64,000 bases of DNA from a virus (Duplodnaviria; Heunggongvirae; Uroviricota; Caudoviricetes), in IMG/VR virus record IMGVR_UViG_3300005253_000053; one strand, written 5' to 3'. Made by a program: the position numbers and the translations under genes. The notes beneath the pieces were generated by a model that was given only the letters and a program-made list of their open reading frames with translations, made no database searches and was not told the origin of the DNA. Shown piece after piece: positions 16,454 through 25,363 of the stretch; position 1 is the stretch's first letter, and the number at the start of each line of letters is the position of its first letter.

Positions 16454-18280
16454 CTACTCAAAAACGTGAATTTCAGTCGGGCTGAACTCGGAGCGGAGCA
16501 TTCCGATCAACTGGTTGGTGAGTTTGAAGCGTCCAGGGTTCATGGCGCTGAGCCTTCCGGTGTCACCCTCATAATGACCTTTCCAGTACTGGTCGGGGTT
16601 CGGCCAGAGCATACCATGCGACCACGTGGGCAAGCCTCGTCCCTTCTCTTCTTGTTGATCGACGTAAGCCTGCAACGCTTCGGGATCGCTTAGGTCAACA
16701 CCCTCGTCCTCGATGTTAGGCATGTTAAGCTGATGGTAACGCTGGATTTCGCCGTGCATCAGAACCCAAATCTCATGGGTCAGCGGATCGGTGTACTCCA
16801 TCCCGTCGTCATACGAGGTGTTCCCGTGTCCGAGGTCGAAGTAAAATACGGATGTACCTTCATCGTCGATCTTGTGGAGCGTGACATCGCTGGCGACGAC
16901 AGATTCGGGGAGGCTCTCCTTGTCCATCACCACAAGAGCCGGAAGCGCCTCGACACCCAGGACGTGGAGAGCGTCGTACCGGTGGCTGCCCTCCAGGACG
17001 TACGGGCCTTCTTTGTCGACAACCACGATCAGCGGCACGATCCAACCACTTGCAGCGATCTGCTGCGCCAGTTCGCGGGCCGCCTCGTTGTCATCTCCAG
17101 AAGTCTCGAAAGCAGACAAGGGAACGGCGCGGATGCCGGACAGCACCTCGTAGTCCAGAAGACTGGCCGCGATGGAACTGGTATTTGGAACTTCGTCACC
17201 CACGCGGAGGCCGCTGACCTCGTCACCAGCCCGTGGGTAGAGTTCGTCCTCCTGGGCCTCGGCGAGTATTCGACGTATCACACGTCGGCTTTCGGTCAGC
17301 GCCTCGTCCTGCCCGGCGTAAAACCTGCGGATCGCACCCATGATGCGGCGCGAGTTTTCTCCGGGATCGAACATGTAGGACTTATTCCGTTCGGCCTTCC
17401 AGTAGTAGTCGTTACGCTCGTCGAATTCGCCCAGGCCGTCCTCCATATCGACCGGCATGCCCTCGGCGCTGAAGTTATCGATCCAGCCCTCCAAGGTCCG
17501 GTACTGCGCCGAGGTGGGCTGGACCATCATGTCGAGGCCGCCGTCTTCAGGCATCAGACGGATCGCGCCCAGGCTCATAAACTCCTGCATGCCGCGCGTG
17601 CCGCCCCCGCCGTAACCGATGTTCCGATGGTCAAAGCCGCGCCCGTAGCCGCCGCCCCCGCCCGAGATCATGTCGCCGTCAGGCAGCAAGTAGAACGCAT
17701 CGGTGAAGCTGCTCGTGATCCCGAACCGGCCCTTGGCTTTCTCGAACGGGTCGGCCTCGTCCTCCGCGTCCTCTACGCCGGGCCAGTCCTCCATGGACAG
17801 CGGCATCTCGTTGTCTAGCTTTCGGAGAACCTGGAGCGGGATCTCGCGGTACCTGGACTCCTGGCCGTTCTGCACACTACGGAATACGGAGCGAGCGTAC
17901 TCTCCGGCCGACCAGCCGAACTCGTCACTGATCACTCCAATGATCCGGGCGTGGAAGTCCAGCAGTATCTGGGGTTCGTTCTGGACGAGCGCAGCCATCT
18001 CTCCCGGATTCCAGTTGAGTGCGTCGTAGACCGCGCTCCAGATAGTCCGGTGCTCACCCTCGTCGAACGTAGCCAGCGTGTACTCGGGGAACAGTTCAGT
18101 GACAATCCTCTCGTAGCGCTGCCAGTCGTAGTCCCTGTCCTCCTCACGGTTTACCGCGTCCAGGAAGAACTCCCGCAGGTGATCGTACGTCATGTTCCAG
18201 ACGTGCCGAGGCTGGGTGGGAGCCTCAACGCTGGCCTGCTCGGCCAACACCTGCCGCATCACTAGGCGAGTGGCATCCAT
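16454..18280 (-). CDS. Leader-family multidomain protein: YLLPDG..DHR domain, internal leader, ParB-like domain, shared C-terminal domain
   Basis: MDATRLVMRQVLAEQ; LTESRRVIRRILAEA; IVPLIVV...VLEGSHRYDAL. Confidence 0.75.
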   Translation of the reverse strand: MDATRLVMRQVLAEQASVEAPTQPRHVWNMTYDHLREFFLDAVNREEDRDYDWQRYERIVTELFPEYTLATFDEGEHRTIWSAVYDALNWNPGEMAALVQNEPQILLDFHARIIGVISDEFGWSAGEYARSVFRSVQNGQESRYREIPLQVLRKLDNEMPLSMEDWPGVEDAEDEADPFEKAKGRFGITSSFTDAFYLLPDGDMISGGGGGYGRGFDHRNIGYGGGGTRGMQEFMSLGAIRLMPEDGGLDMMVQPTSAQYRTLEGWIDNFSAEGMPVDMEDGLGEFDERNDYYWKAERNKSYMFDPGENSRRIMGAIRRFYAGQDEALTESRRVIRRILAEAQEDELYPRAGDEVSGLRVGDEVPNTSSIAASLLDYEVLSGIRAVPLSAFETSGDDNEAARELAQQIAASGWIVPLIVVVDKEGPYVLEGSHRYDALHVLGVEALPALVVMDKESLPESVVASDVTLHKIDDEGTSVFYFDLGHGNTSYDDGMEYTDPLTHEIWVLMHGEIQRYHQLNMPNIEDEGVDLSDPEALQAYVDQQEEKGRGLPTWSHGMLWPNPDQYWKGHYEGDTGRLSAMNPGRFKLTNQLIGMLRSEFSPTEIHVFE

Positions 18281-18738
18281 CAGCCCCAGGCTTCCTTGTC
18301 GTGCTGTACCAGCGCGCGGGTCATGTCCTGGGTGAGCGGCTCGACGTTGATGGTGTCTTCCGACGGGACCGCAGCCATCCGCTTGAGCCACTGCCCTTCC
18401 GCCCCGGCCTGCGAAAGCGGGTCTGCCGTGTCGACCTCCCACTCCTCGCCGCTCGGGCTGAACGTGACAATGGAGATGTCGCCGCTCCCCATGGCCTGAT
18501 TCAGATCCCAGTCCATCTTCGAGGCCCAGCGTATGGCGTCGAACTTGTTATCGAACGCGAAGATTTCACCCTGGCCGTAGCGCTCGCCAGTCCCAGACAT
18601 GGCCCAGTTGGAGGGCTGCATCGGGACGAGCCCACGCTTCTGGATATCTGAGACCCGGTCAGTGGGGGTGACGTGGTAGTACTCGACGCCCTGGGCCTCG
18701 GTGAGTATCCGTCTGAGGGCTCTGCGGGTGGGGTCCAT
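18280..18738 (-). CDS. Leader-family protein with ART/Tpt1-like fold start
   Basis: MDPTRRALRRILTEA; YYHVT...IQKRGLVP...IFAF. Confidence 0.7.
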   Translation of the reverse strand: MDPTRRALRRILTEAQGVEYYHVTPTDRVSDIQKRGLVPMQPSNWAMSGTGERYGQGEIFAFDNKFDAIRWASKMDWDLNQAMGSGDISIVTFSPSGEEWEVDTADPLSQAGAEGQWLKRMAAVPSEDTINVEPLTQDMTRALVQHDKEAWG

Positions 18739-18797
18739 GGAGGTGAATCTTACTCGTTTTGGCATCCCCGAGTCAATTTGGTAGAAATTCCCTGCCG

Positions 18798-18819
18798 AAA
18801 TAGCCCTCCGAATCCGATG
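18798..18819 (+). promoter_or_regulatory. Promoter-like motif copy 5 (AAATAGCCCTCCGAATCCGATG)
   Basis: Consensus match; heads block containing pyrF/pyrE. Confidence 0.8.
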
Positions 18820-18839
18820 ATATAGGTATAAGCCCGGCA

Positions 18840-19256
18840 GTGGCATCCCGATGTGGGGCGACCTACTGCTTGGCACGGTACGGTGCGGTGATGATCTTCA
18901 AGGACCTGATCAAACAAGACGAGTTTGCCGGGCACATGGTGTTATGCGTGCTCACTGCGCACGCCCAGGACGTGGCCAACGGCGACTTCCGCAAGGTCCC
19001 CGGCTGGGAGAACATAGACGGCAGGGAACTCGACATCATTCTGAGCATTGACGGTGTTGAGGTTCCGTTCCAGCCCGCCATGGAGCGTATGGCCGAATGC
19101 CGCGAGGAGTGGATCAAGAAAGAGGCGTTCAATCTGTTCCAGGAGAAGCTGAGCGGCAAGTTCCCCGAAATCGGAGACCTGCTGGAACAGATCGAACAGA
19201 AGATCCGCGACGTTGCGCGCGAGACGTTGGGAATCGAACTGGAAGAGGACTACTAA
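18840..19256 (+). CDS. Hypothetical protein
   Basis: ORF track; start uncertain (18840 GTG or 18888). Confidence 0.65.
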   Translation: MASRCGATYCLARYGAVMIFKDLIKQDEFAGHMVLCVLTAHAQDVANGDFRKVPGWENIDGRELDIILSIDGVEVPFQPAMERMAECREEWIKKEAFNLFQEKLSGKFPEIGDLLEQIEQKIRDVARETLGIELEEDY

Positions 19257-19658
19257 GTGCGCAAGCCCAACCTGACCGTCGACGAGCTACTGGAGGACAT
19301 CGAGTGCGAGGGTCTGCGCGAAGCTCAGGAGATCGTTTGCAAGTTCTGCGGTCATCCCTCCCACTCGGACACCTCGATCAGCAGACTGATCGAGGTTGCC
19401 CTGAGTCGTCTGGGAAATCACGACCACCCATCGGATGCTACACTCAAAGACTCAGTTAAGTTCTACCAACTGAACTACTACATCACCCTCCTGGAGTACT
19501 GCCCGAACTGTGTCTGCGGCGGCGGGGACACCTGCTCGCCATGCCACTGGTTTCTGGTCACGGCCTCAGAGATCCTGCGCATGGCGGCGCTAGTCAAGAC
19601 GATCCGACACATCCAGAAAGACGAGGACAAACCATGGCCTACGAATACGAAACCCTGA
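19257..19658 (+). CDS. Cys-rich hypothetical protein
   Basis: CKFC, CPNC, CSPCH. Confidence 0.6.
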   Translation: MRKPNLTVDELLEDIECEGLREAQEIVCKFCGHPSHSDTSISRLIEVALSRLGNHDHPSDATLKDSVKFYQLNYYITLLEYCPNCVCGGGDTCSPCHWFLVTASEILRMAALVKTIRHIQKDEDKPWPTNTKP

Positions 19659-19900
19659 AGCCCCAACTCCTCACCGACGACGGGCAGCGCATGTTCATCC
19701 AGGGCCGCGACGAGGTACTCAAGCTGATGCCGAACCGCAGCGACTCCGTTCTTATGGGTCGGGCTTTGGATTTCTTCAAGGCCGGGGACAGTTGGCTGAA
19801 GATGGCCTGTGTGGATCGTATGGTCGAGATCGGAGACCTCCACGAGATCTCTGGCGACAACGTCGTTGCCCAACACCGAGTATTCGTGAGAGCGCGGTAA
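19634..19900 (+). CDS. Hypothetical protein (MAYEYETLKP...)
   Basis: GAGGA RBS. Confidence 0.65.
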   Translation: MAYEYETLKPQLLTDDGQRMFIQGRDEVLKLMPNRSDSVLMGRALDFFKAGDSWLKMACVDRMVEIGDLHEISGDNVVAQHRVFVRAR

Positions 19901-19902
19901 TC

Positions 19903-20385
19903 ATGCCAGAAGATCACGACTGGAAAGCGATCAGCCAACTGATGGAGCAGGCGTCCGTCCTGGCCCAGCGGTACAATCTGTGCATCTGGAACGGCATCAA
20001 AGCTGACGGCAGCAGGCACATCGAAGCCTACCGCATGAAGCGTGGCGAGAAGGACGTTGTGCTGACTACCCCGAGCATGGAAAAAATGATCGAGAAGCTC
20101 ACCGTGATGGCTGTAGAGGGGAAGCTGGAACATCACGACCGCGCCGTCGAAGACATCGACCCAGAGATCTGGCACCTGCACATCGACAGCGCTGCGTTCA
20201 ATCTGCTGCACAAGACACAGGATCTGCACCAGACGTTCAGTCATCTGATCGGCCCGGTAGGGCTGGTGTACGACCGGTACTGCGTCATCGACATGCAGCT
20301 ACGGAACCTGTGCCTATCTATCCAAAACCTAACCAGTTCGATACGCAAAGTCCCCATTCGAGAAAGAGAGAAGAAGCATGGATAA
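19903..20385 (+). CDS. Hypothetical protein (MPEDHDW...)
   Basis: Start trimmed; coupled to pyrF. Confidence 0.6.
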   Translation: MPEDHDWKAISQLMEQASVLAQRYNLCIWNGIKADGSRHIEAYRMKRGEKDVVLTTPSMEKMIEKLTVMAVEGKLEHHDRAVEDIDPEIWHLHIDSAAFNLLHKTQDLHQTFSHLIGPVGLVYDRYCVIDMQLRNLCLSIQNLTSSIRKVPIREREKKHG

Positions 20386-21052
20386 TCCGATCATCGTGGC
20401 CCTCGATGGCATCGACATGTCGAAGGCTATCGCTCTCGCGCAGCTATTGAAGGATGACGTGTGGGGGTTCAAGGTCAACGACCTGTTCTTCCAGCACGGC
20501 ATCCAGGCTGCCAACAACCTCGGGGTCTTTGGCAACGTCATGCTCGATGGGAAGTTCCACGACATCCCGAATACCGTGGAGAACACCACGAAGAAGATCG
20601 CAATCTTCGGCCACCCGGCTCCCGGCATCGTTACCATACACGCCTCCGGCGGCCCTGCGATGATACGGGCTGCTGTTGAGTACCTTCCGGGAAAGGTTGC
20701 GGCTGTCACCGTGCTCACGTCATTAGACGAGGACGCCTGCATGCACGTTTACAACGTGCGGCCTGAGGTTGCCGTCAAGCGCCTCGCCAGTATGGCCCAC
20801 GAATACGGAGCCAGCTTCATTGTGTGCAGCCCTCTGGAACTTGCCGCGCTCAAAGACATCCCTCGTCCCAAGATCGTCCCAGGCATCCGCCCGCTCTGGT
20901 ACCAGGAGGCTGACGATCAGGCGCGGAAAATGACTCCTGCCGAGGCAATGGAAGCCGGGGCCGGGTTCCTGGTCATGGGCCGTCCGATCCTGCGCGCGGA
21001 CGATCCGGTCGAAGCCGCGCAGCGCACACTCGAAGAGATCAAGAAGGGGTAA
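20378..21052 (+). CDS. pyrF: Orotidine-5'-phosphate decarboxylase
   Basis: IIVALD, GFKV, LDGKFHDIPNT (DxKxxD), TIHASGG, VTVLTS, PGIRP, DDQAR, VMGRPI. Confidence 0.95.
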   Translation: MDNPIIVALDGIDMSKAIALAQLLKDDVWGFKVNDLFFQHGIQAANNLGVFGNVMLDGKFHDIPNTVENTTKKIAIFGHPAPGIVTIHASGGPAMIRAAVEYLPGKVAAVTVLTSLDEDACMHVYNVRPEVAVKRLASMAHEYGASFIVCSPLELAALKDIPRPKIVPGIRPLWYQEADDQARKMTPAEAMEAGAGFLVMGRPILRADDPVEAAQRTLEEIKKG

Positions 21053-21054
21053 CT

Positions 21055-21873
21055 ATGTCACGCGACTGGAAGAACACAGGACTCTACCAGGAGTTCAACC
21101 AGGACGATGCGGACACCCGCGTCGAACGGTTCATTGAGGCCGCCGCCAAGCTGACCGTCGAGTTCCTGGAGGACCAGGATGCCTTCTGGCATTGGGACGG
21201 CCACAAGCACGTGGCGGAGTTGACCAGCGGCAAGCTGAGCAACTTCTTCGCCAACTGCACGCCGATCTTCACACACCCCGGCATCCAGAAGGACATCGCA
21301 CACGCACTGTGCGAGAAGCTGGTGCGCAGCGTGTACGTCGGGATGGATAAGTTCCTGGGGAAGCCCGCAGGATACCACGGTCAGCCACGTATACTCACCG
21401 ACGATAGGCTGTTCAAGACGCACCCTAACCGCTGGGTCGTCGGCTCCGCCATGGGCAGCATCGGCCTCGCGCAGTCCATCGCCTCGGTCCTGGGCCAGGG
21501 CTGGAAGGCCGCATTCGCCGACAAAGGTGGCGACGGCATGGAACTCAAGCGGTTCGACCTGGGGGAAGCGCCCATGGTCCTGCTCTGCGAGGATGTGTTC
21601 ACAACCGGTGGGACCATCAAGTCGACGATCATGGCCGTCGAGAAGAAGCACGAGGACGTTCTCTTCGTGCCCGAGGTCCCGACCATCATCAACCGCAACC
21701 CGGGCTACTCCTTCCAGGTCAAGCAGGGTGGACCCGGCTTCCACTTCCCGGCGCTCATCACCAAGGTCGCTGAAACCTGGGACGATGTCACCAGCCTGCC
21801 CGAGCGCATGAAAGGCTGCGTCCCGATCCGGCCGAAAGTAGGATGGAAAAAACTAACAACCGCGATGTTATAG
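21055..21873 (+). CDS. pyrE: Orotate phosphoribosyltransferase-like
   Basis: ELTSGKLSNFF, VLLCEDVFTTGGT PRPP-binding loop; adjacent to pyrF. Confidence 0.8.
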   Translation: MSRDWKNTGLYQEFNQDDADTRVERFIEAAAKLTVEFLEDQDAFWHWDGHKHVAELTSGKLSNFFANCTPIFTHPGIQKDIAHALCEKLVRSVYVGMDKFLGKPAGYHGQPRILTDDRLFKTHPNRWVVGSAMGSIGLAQSIASVLGQGWKAAFADKGGDGMELKRFDLGEAPMVLLCEDVFTTGGTIKSTIMAVEKKHEDVLFVPEVPTIINRNPGYSFQVKQGGPGFHFPALITKVAETWDDVTSLPERMKGCVPIRPKVGWKKLTTAML

Positions 21874-21882
21874 GGGTTTGGA

Positions 21883-22401
21883 ATGGCAGAAAACACGTAC
21901 CGTTGCTCCGTATGTGAACGAGACTTGCCGGAGTCAAGTTTCCATAAGCAATCCAGAAAAGCAGGCAAAGCAGTTCGGCGTCGTCCTGTGGGCTACAAGT
22001 GCAGGACATGCCGGACGGAGTACAGAAAGCGGTGGTACCGGAATGGCGGAAATGCCAGTGTCAAAAGCACGAATCAGCGGCAAAGGTTGACTAATCCAAA
22101 GATCAGAATGCTGCATGCCGCGCGGAAGAGAGCGAAAAAGTTGGGACTGCCGTGCTCTCTGAGCAAGGAAGACTTCGAGATCCCGAAGATCTGCCCTGTT
22201 TTAGGTATCCATCTTGAGATTACTCTCGGAGGGATTACCACAAACACACCGACCATGGATCGGGTAGATAACTCAAAGGGGTATGTTCCTGGAAACGTCC
22301 AGGTCATCTCTTGGAGAGCAAACATGATTAAGCGGGACGCAACTATCCCTGAGTTGGAAGCGATTATTCGGTACATGCGGAAATTCTCCCCGGCTGCATA
22401 A
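21883..22401 (+). CDS. Free-standing HNH homing-endonuclease-like protein
   Basis: CSVC...CRTC Zn finger; CPVLG...TPTMDRVDNSKGYVPGNVQVISWRANMIK; AT-richer codons. Confidence 0.85.
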   Translation: MAENTYRCSVCERDLPESSFHKQSRKAGKAVRRRPVGYKCRTCRTEYRKRWYRNGGNASVKSTNQRQRLTNPKIRMLHAARKRAKKLGLPCSLSKEDFEIPKICPVLGIHLEITLGGITTNTPTMDRVDNSKGYVPGNVQVISWRANMIKRDATIPELEAIIRYMRKFSPAA

Positions 22402-22438
22402 CTGGCGAGCGCTGGCCGACGAGAAGCTGGAGAAGTAG
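22400..22438 (+). pseudogene. Probable displaced original 3' end of pyrE (NWRALADEKLEK*)
   Basis: GC3-rich short frame without start; aligns to GWKKL of current pyrE end; its TAG overlaps the next GTG. Confidence 0.5.
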
Positions 22439-22650
22439 TGGGCAGCGAGACGCTACCTTACGAGTGTTGGGCGATCATGTCTACGAACGAGAGCCCACGT
22501 GTCGTGCGGATCAACGGCCAGTTGGCAGTGTACGACAACCAGCCCGCCGCGTTGTTTAAGCTGGGTGACATCCTAGAGGCCAACCCAGGCAAGCAACACG
22601 CATACGCAGTCAGGCCTGCCACCGTCACCCTGGAGTTTCGAGATGAGTAA
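22438..22650 (+). CDS. Hypothetical protein
   Basis: GGAG RBS, GTG. Confidence 0.55.
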   Translation: MGSETLPYECWAIMSTNESPRVVRINGQLAVYDNQPAALFKLGDILEANPGKQHAYAVRPATVTLEFRDE

Positions 22651-23023
22651 AAAGTTCGAGCGCGCACGCGTCCGGGTCAAGGGGAACTACGACACGGGAG
22701 GCAGGCTGGGCTGGCAAATCGGACCCGAGATCTATGCTGAGCAGTGGTGGATTCCTGTGCTCTGGGACGACGACGAAGATCCAGATTGCTTCAAGAAGGT
22801 TGGGCTCAACTTCCTGGATCACGGCCAGGAGCAGCGCGAACTCCGACAGAACATCCTCGACATAGTCACCGACCTCGTGTCTAAGTTCATGTACTACAAC
22901 CGAGAAGAAGAAGATGACACGCTCTCAGTCGAACGCCTGGAGCAGGCTTTCAAAGATGGCGTGATCACCCACGAAGAGGTGGCCGCCCACTTCCTGAAGG
23001 AACTGAAGGGCAAGAATGGATGA
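22643..23023 (+). CDS. Hypothetical protein
   Basis: ORF track, coupled. Confidence 0.65.
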   Translation: MSKKFERARVRVKGNYDTGGRLGWQIGPEIYAEQWWIPVLWDDDEDPDCFKKVGLNFLDHGQEQRELRQNILDIVTDLVSKFMYYNREEEDDTLSVERLEQAFKDGVITHEEVAAHFLKELKGKNG

Positions 23024-23411
23024 CATCCCACCACCACTACCACCACCATCACCACTAACACGCGCTGATGTCGCCGCCGAAGTCGCTGAGTCCTTCAAGG
23101 ACTACTACGACGAAGAGGATCGTGGCAAGCTGGAGGTGGCCAGCGTCGAGGGCATCGACCAGTACGTCCGCAGTCTGAACCTGTACTTCGTCATGGGCGA
23201 AATGGACGCAGACAGCGGCGGTCGTGGCTGGATTGCAGAGATCTGGGTCGACGAAGCCAAGGCCGAGGAGCGTGCTACGTACATCGAAAAACGCGGTAAG
23301 CCTATCTACAAGTACCCGACCTTCTTCAGCGTCCAGGAAATCAACCTTGGCGAGGAGTTAGAGATCCACAACGAGGACAGAGACCCCCTGCCTCCGCAGC
23401 AGCTACCCTGA
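23016..23411 (+). CDS. Hypothetical acidic protein
   Basis: ORF track, coupled. Confidence 0.6.
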   Translation: MDDIPPPLPPPSPLTRADVAAEVAESFKDYYDEEDRGKLEVASVEGIDQYVRSLNLYFVMGEMDADSGGRGWIAEIWVDEAKAEERATYIEKRGKPIYKYPTFFSVQEINLGEELEIHNEDRDPLPPQQLP

Positions 23412-23421
23412 GGATCGCATA

Positions 23422-23613
23422 GTGCACCTGTATATGCTCTACTGCCTGACGACGCACCGCGCCTTCCTGTGGCACTCGCCCAAGCGGGACGACACTGCGG
23501 CCGTCGCGAAGGCCAAGACGTTGCTGGTCAAGGGTGGGCACGGAAAGCTGTACAAAGGGCCGACCGGCGTGGACGAGATGGATTTCCTGGAGAACGTCTA
23601 TGGCCCGCTATAA
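23422..23613 (+). CDS. Hypothetical protein
   Basis: GAGGA RBS, GTG. Confidence 0.55.
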   Translation: MHLYMLYCLTTHRAFLWHSPKRDDTAAVAKAKTLLVKGGHGKLYKGPTGVDEMDFLENVYGPL

Positions 23614-23935
23614 CGATCTGCTTAACGAGCGCCCTCTCCCTGAGATGAAGTACCGCTGCTGGTTCCGTAAGGAAGATCCCAGAAAAAGGGGAGAAGTAGT
23701 CGAGGCAACCAATATCGAGGCTGCTGCCAAGATATTCGCTGAAGAGTGGGGCGATTGGGAGGAGGGTGTCTTCGACATCCTGGTCAATCCCGTGCGCACC
23801 GGTAAGATCTACAATGTCAAAGTCTCAGTGTGGCTGGAGCTAAACACTGAGACGGACAAGGTCACGCTGACCCGCATCAAGCTGGAAGGCCGCGAGAAGC
23901 CGAAGCGAAGGCCGCGCAAGAAGAAGAAGAAGTGA
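23600..23935 (+). CDS. Hypothetical protein with basic C-tail (RPRKKKKK)
   Basis: MARYNDLL start after GGAG. Confidence 0.6.
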   Translation: MARYNDLLNERPLPEMKYRCWFRKEDPRKRGEVVEATNIEAAAKIFAEEWGDWEEGVFDILVNPVRTGKIYNVKVSVWLELNTETDKVTLTRIKLEGREKPKRRPRKKKKK

Positions 23936-23954
23936 CCTGGGGATCTCCCAGGTC
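23934..23954. terminator. Hairpin gacctggg-gatct-cccaggtc at end of block
   Basis: 8-bp perfect stem at the stop codon. Confidence 0.4.
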
Positions 23955-24155
23955 GACCTGCGCCCCCGGCCATCGGCGCATTGAGGTGTGTACCAAAATG
24001 GCAGCAGACCAAAATGATGCTGACAAAGACGTTATAAAGTTTTCCCCAATCCTTGAACACGGTTATCCCCATGATGAGTTACGCGACCTAGCAGAGTTCC
24101 GGCAGAAAGTGCTGGCCAGCCTTATGATCAAGCCGTGGCAGATTTTTCCTGACCG

Positions 24156-24177
24156 ATTTAGTCCTCCCAATCCGATA
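24156..24177 (+). promoter_or_regulatory. Promoter-like motif copy 6 (ATTTAGTCCTCCCAATCCGATA)
   Basis: GATAAT then ATG 7 nt later (24187). Confidence 0.75.
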
Positions 24178-24186
24178 ATACATAGT

Positions 24187-24405
24187 ATGAGCATGACGAC
24201 AGACGAAGTTGTTGCCTGGATGCTGGAGATGGCGGAGAGGCGCGTTCCCTTCCGCTTGGAGTACAACATCAACTACGGCGCGAACAATCGCATAGGCTGG
24301 AGCGTGTCCATCTACGGTCACATTGTGGTCGAGTTCGCCCCGACGTTCACAGAAGCCATCGCAGAGGCAAAACGAAAGTACGCCGAGGTCCTGGCTGATG
24401 AGTGA
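24187..24405 (+). CDS. Hypothetical, leaderless (MSMTTDEVV...)
   Basis: Start trimmed from 23932 using promoter motif. Confidence 0.65.
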   Translation: MSMTTDEVVAWMLEMAERRVPFRLEYNINYGANNRIGWSVSIYGHIVVEFAPTFTEAIAEAKRKYAEVLADE

Positions 24406-24703
24406 CGAGAAGCAGGCCTTTGGTATACTCGGCCGGACGGGCCAGTTCGATGGACCGTGGAATTGGTACAGGTTCGACTATGCCGAGGACAAGTTAGTGG
24501 TCTCGGCAGAGCCCGTATTCCCGTGGAACACCGTGCACATGGCTCAGCAGGAAGCGATGAAGTTGATGAAGCAGGAGCCGGACCTCTGGACGACCCAGGT
24601 CGTGATCCAGCCCGATGGCTGGGGTCCGAACCTGCCGTACGAGAACAACACAACCACCGGGGAGCACCTCGGCTTTGCTCCCTCAGCAGGAGGTAACTGG
24701 TAA
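24398..24703 (+). CDS. Hypothetical protein (MSDEKQAF...)
   Basis: Coupled start. Confidence 0.6.
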   Translation: MSDEKQAFGILGRTGQFDGPWNWYRFDYAEDKLVVSAEPVFPWNTVHMAQQEAMKLMKQEPDLWTTQVVIQPDGWGPNLPYENNTTTGEHLGFAPSAGGNW

Positions 24704-25155
24704 TGGGCGACTACGACGGACCCCCGATGATCCGCGCAGACGTGCGAATCAAGGGTTTTCAGATAAGCATCATGCGTGCGCTGAGCGAGGAGGTGCGGCC
24801 CTTCGCCGAGGACATCCAGCGGCAGGTCGAGCACGCGATCCAGAACATGGATCTGGAAAAAGAGCTTGCGGATGTCGTCTCTTACCAAGCCAAAGAAACC
24901 ATCCGGGACATGGTCAAGCGCCAGTTCCGCGACACCATCCACCAGGAGAAGTGGGAACAGAAGTTCCAGGCTCTCGTCGAGGAGTACGCCGACAAGTACC
25001 TGAACGAACTCGTCGAGGCAGAGGTTAAGCACCGAGTCCGAGACACCGTGTACAGCGTGATAGGCACGAAAATGCGCGCCACGCTCGGAGAGAAGGTCGA
25101 AACCTACGTCAAGGAACTGCTACATGACTCGGAAGGAAGCGGTCAGCCTGATTAA
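24703..25155 (+). CDS. Hypothetical helical protein
   Basis: GGAGG RBS. Confidence 0.65.
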   Translation: MGDYDGPPMIRADVRIKGFQISIMRALSEEVRPFAEDIQRQVEHAIQNMDLEKELADVVSYQAKETIRDMVKRQFRDTIHQEKWEQKFQALVEEYADKYLNELVEAEVKHRVRDTVYSVIGTKMRATLGEKVETYVKELLHDSEGSGQPD

Positions 25156-25363
25156 GGCCCGGCTCGGCGATATCGAGCATTGGTCTGCGGAGTTCAAGGA
25201 GCGTTGCACGGACGGCGTCCTGCGGCGGGACTTGATCTTGTTCGAGAAACAGTGCAAGGTGTTTAGCGACGAGCTATTCATCCTGTGCCTGAAGACGCAC
25301 GGCCATCTTGTGAGAGACGACGTATGTCAGACGACAGCCCCCTCGACTACGACCGGGTCCTGA
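25124..25363 (+). CDS. Hypothetical protein
   Basis: ORF track. Confidence 0.45.
   Translation: MTRKEAVSLIKARLGDIEHWSAEFKERCTDGVLRRDLILFEKQCKVFSDELFILCLKTHGHLVRDDVCQTTAPSTTTGS

Noticed and set aside
21874-22401. HNH genes as group I intron ORFs
   Set aside because: Only ~50 nt or less flank each HNH, with no room for an intron core, and both host genes end with their own stop codons.
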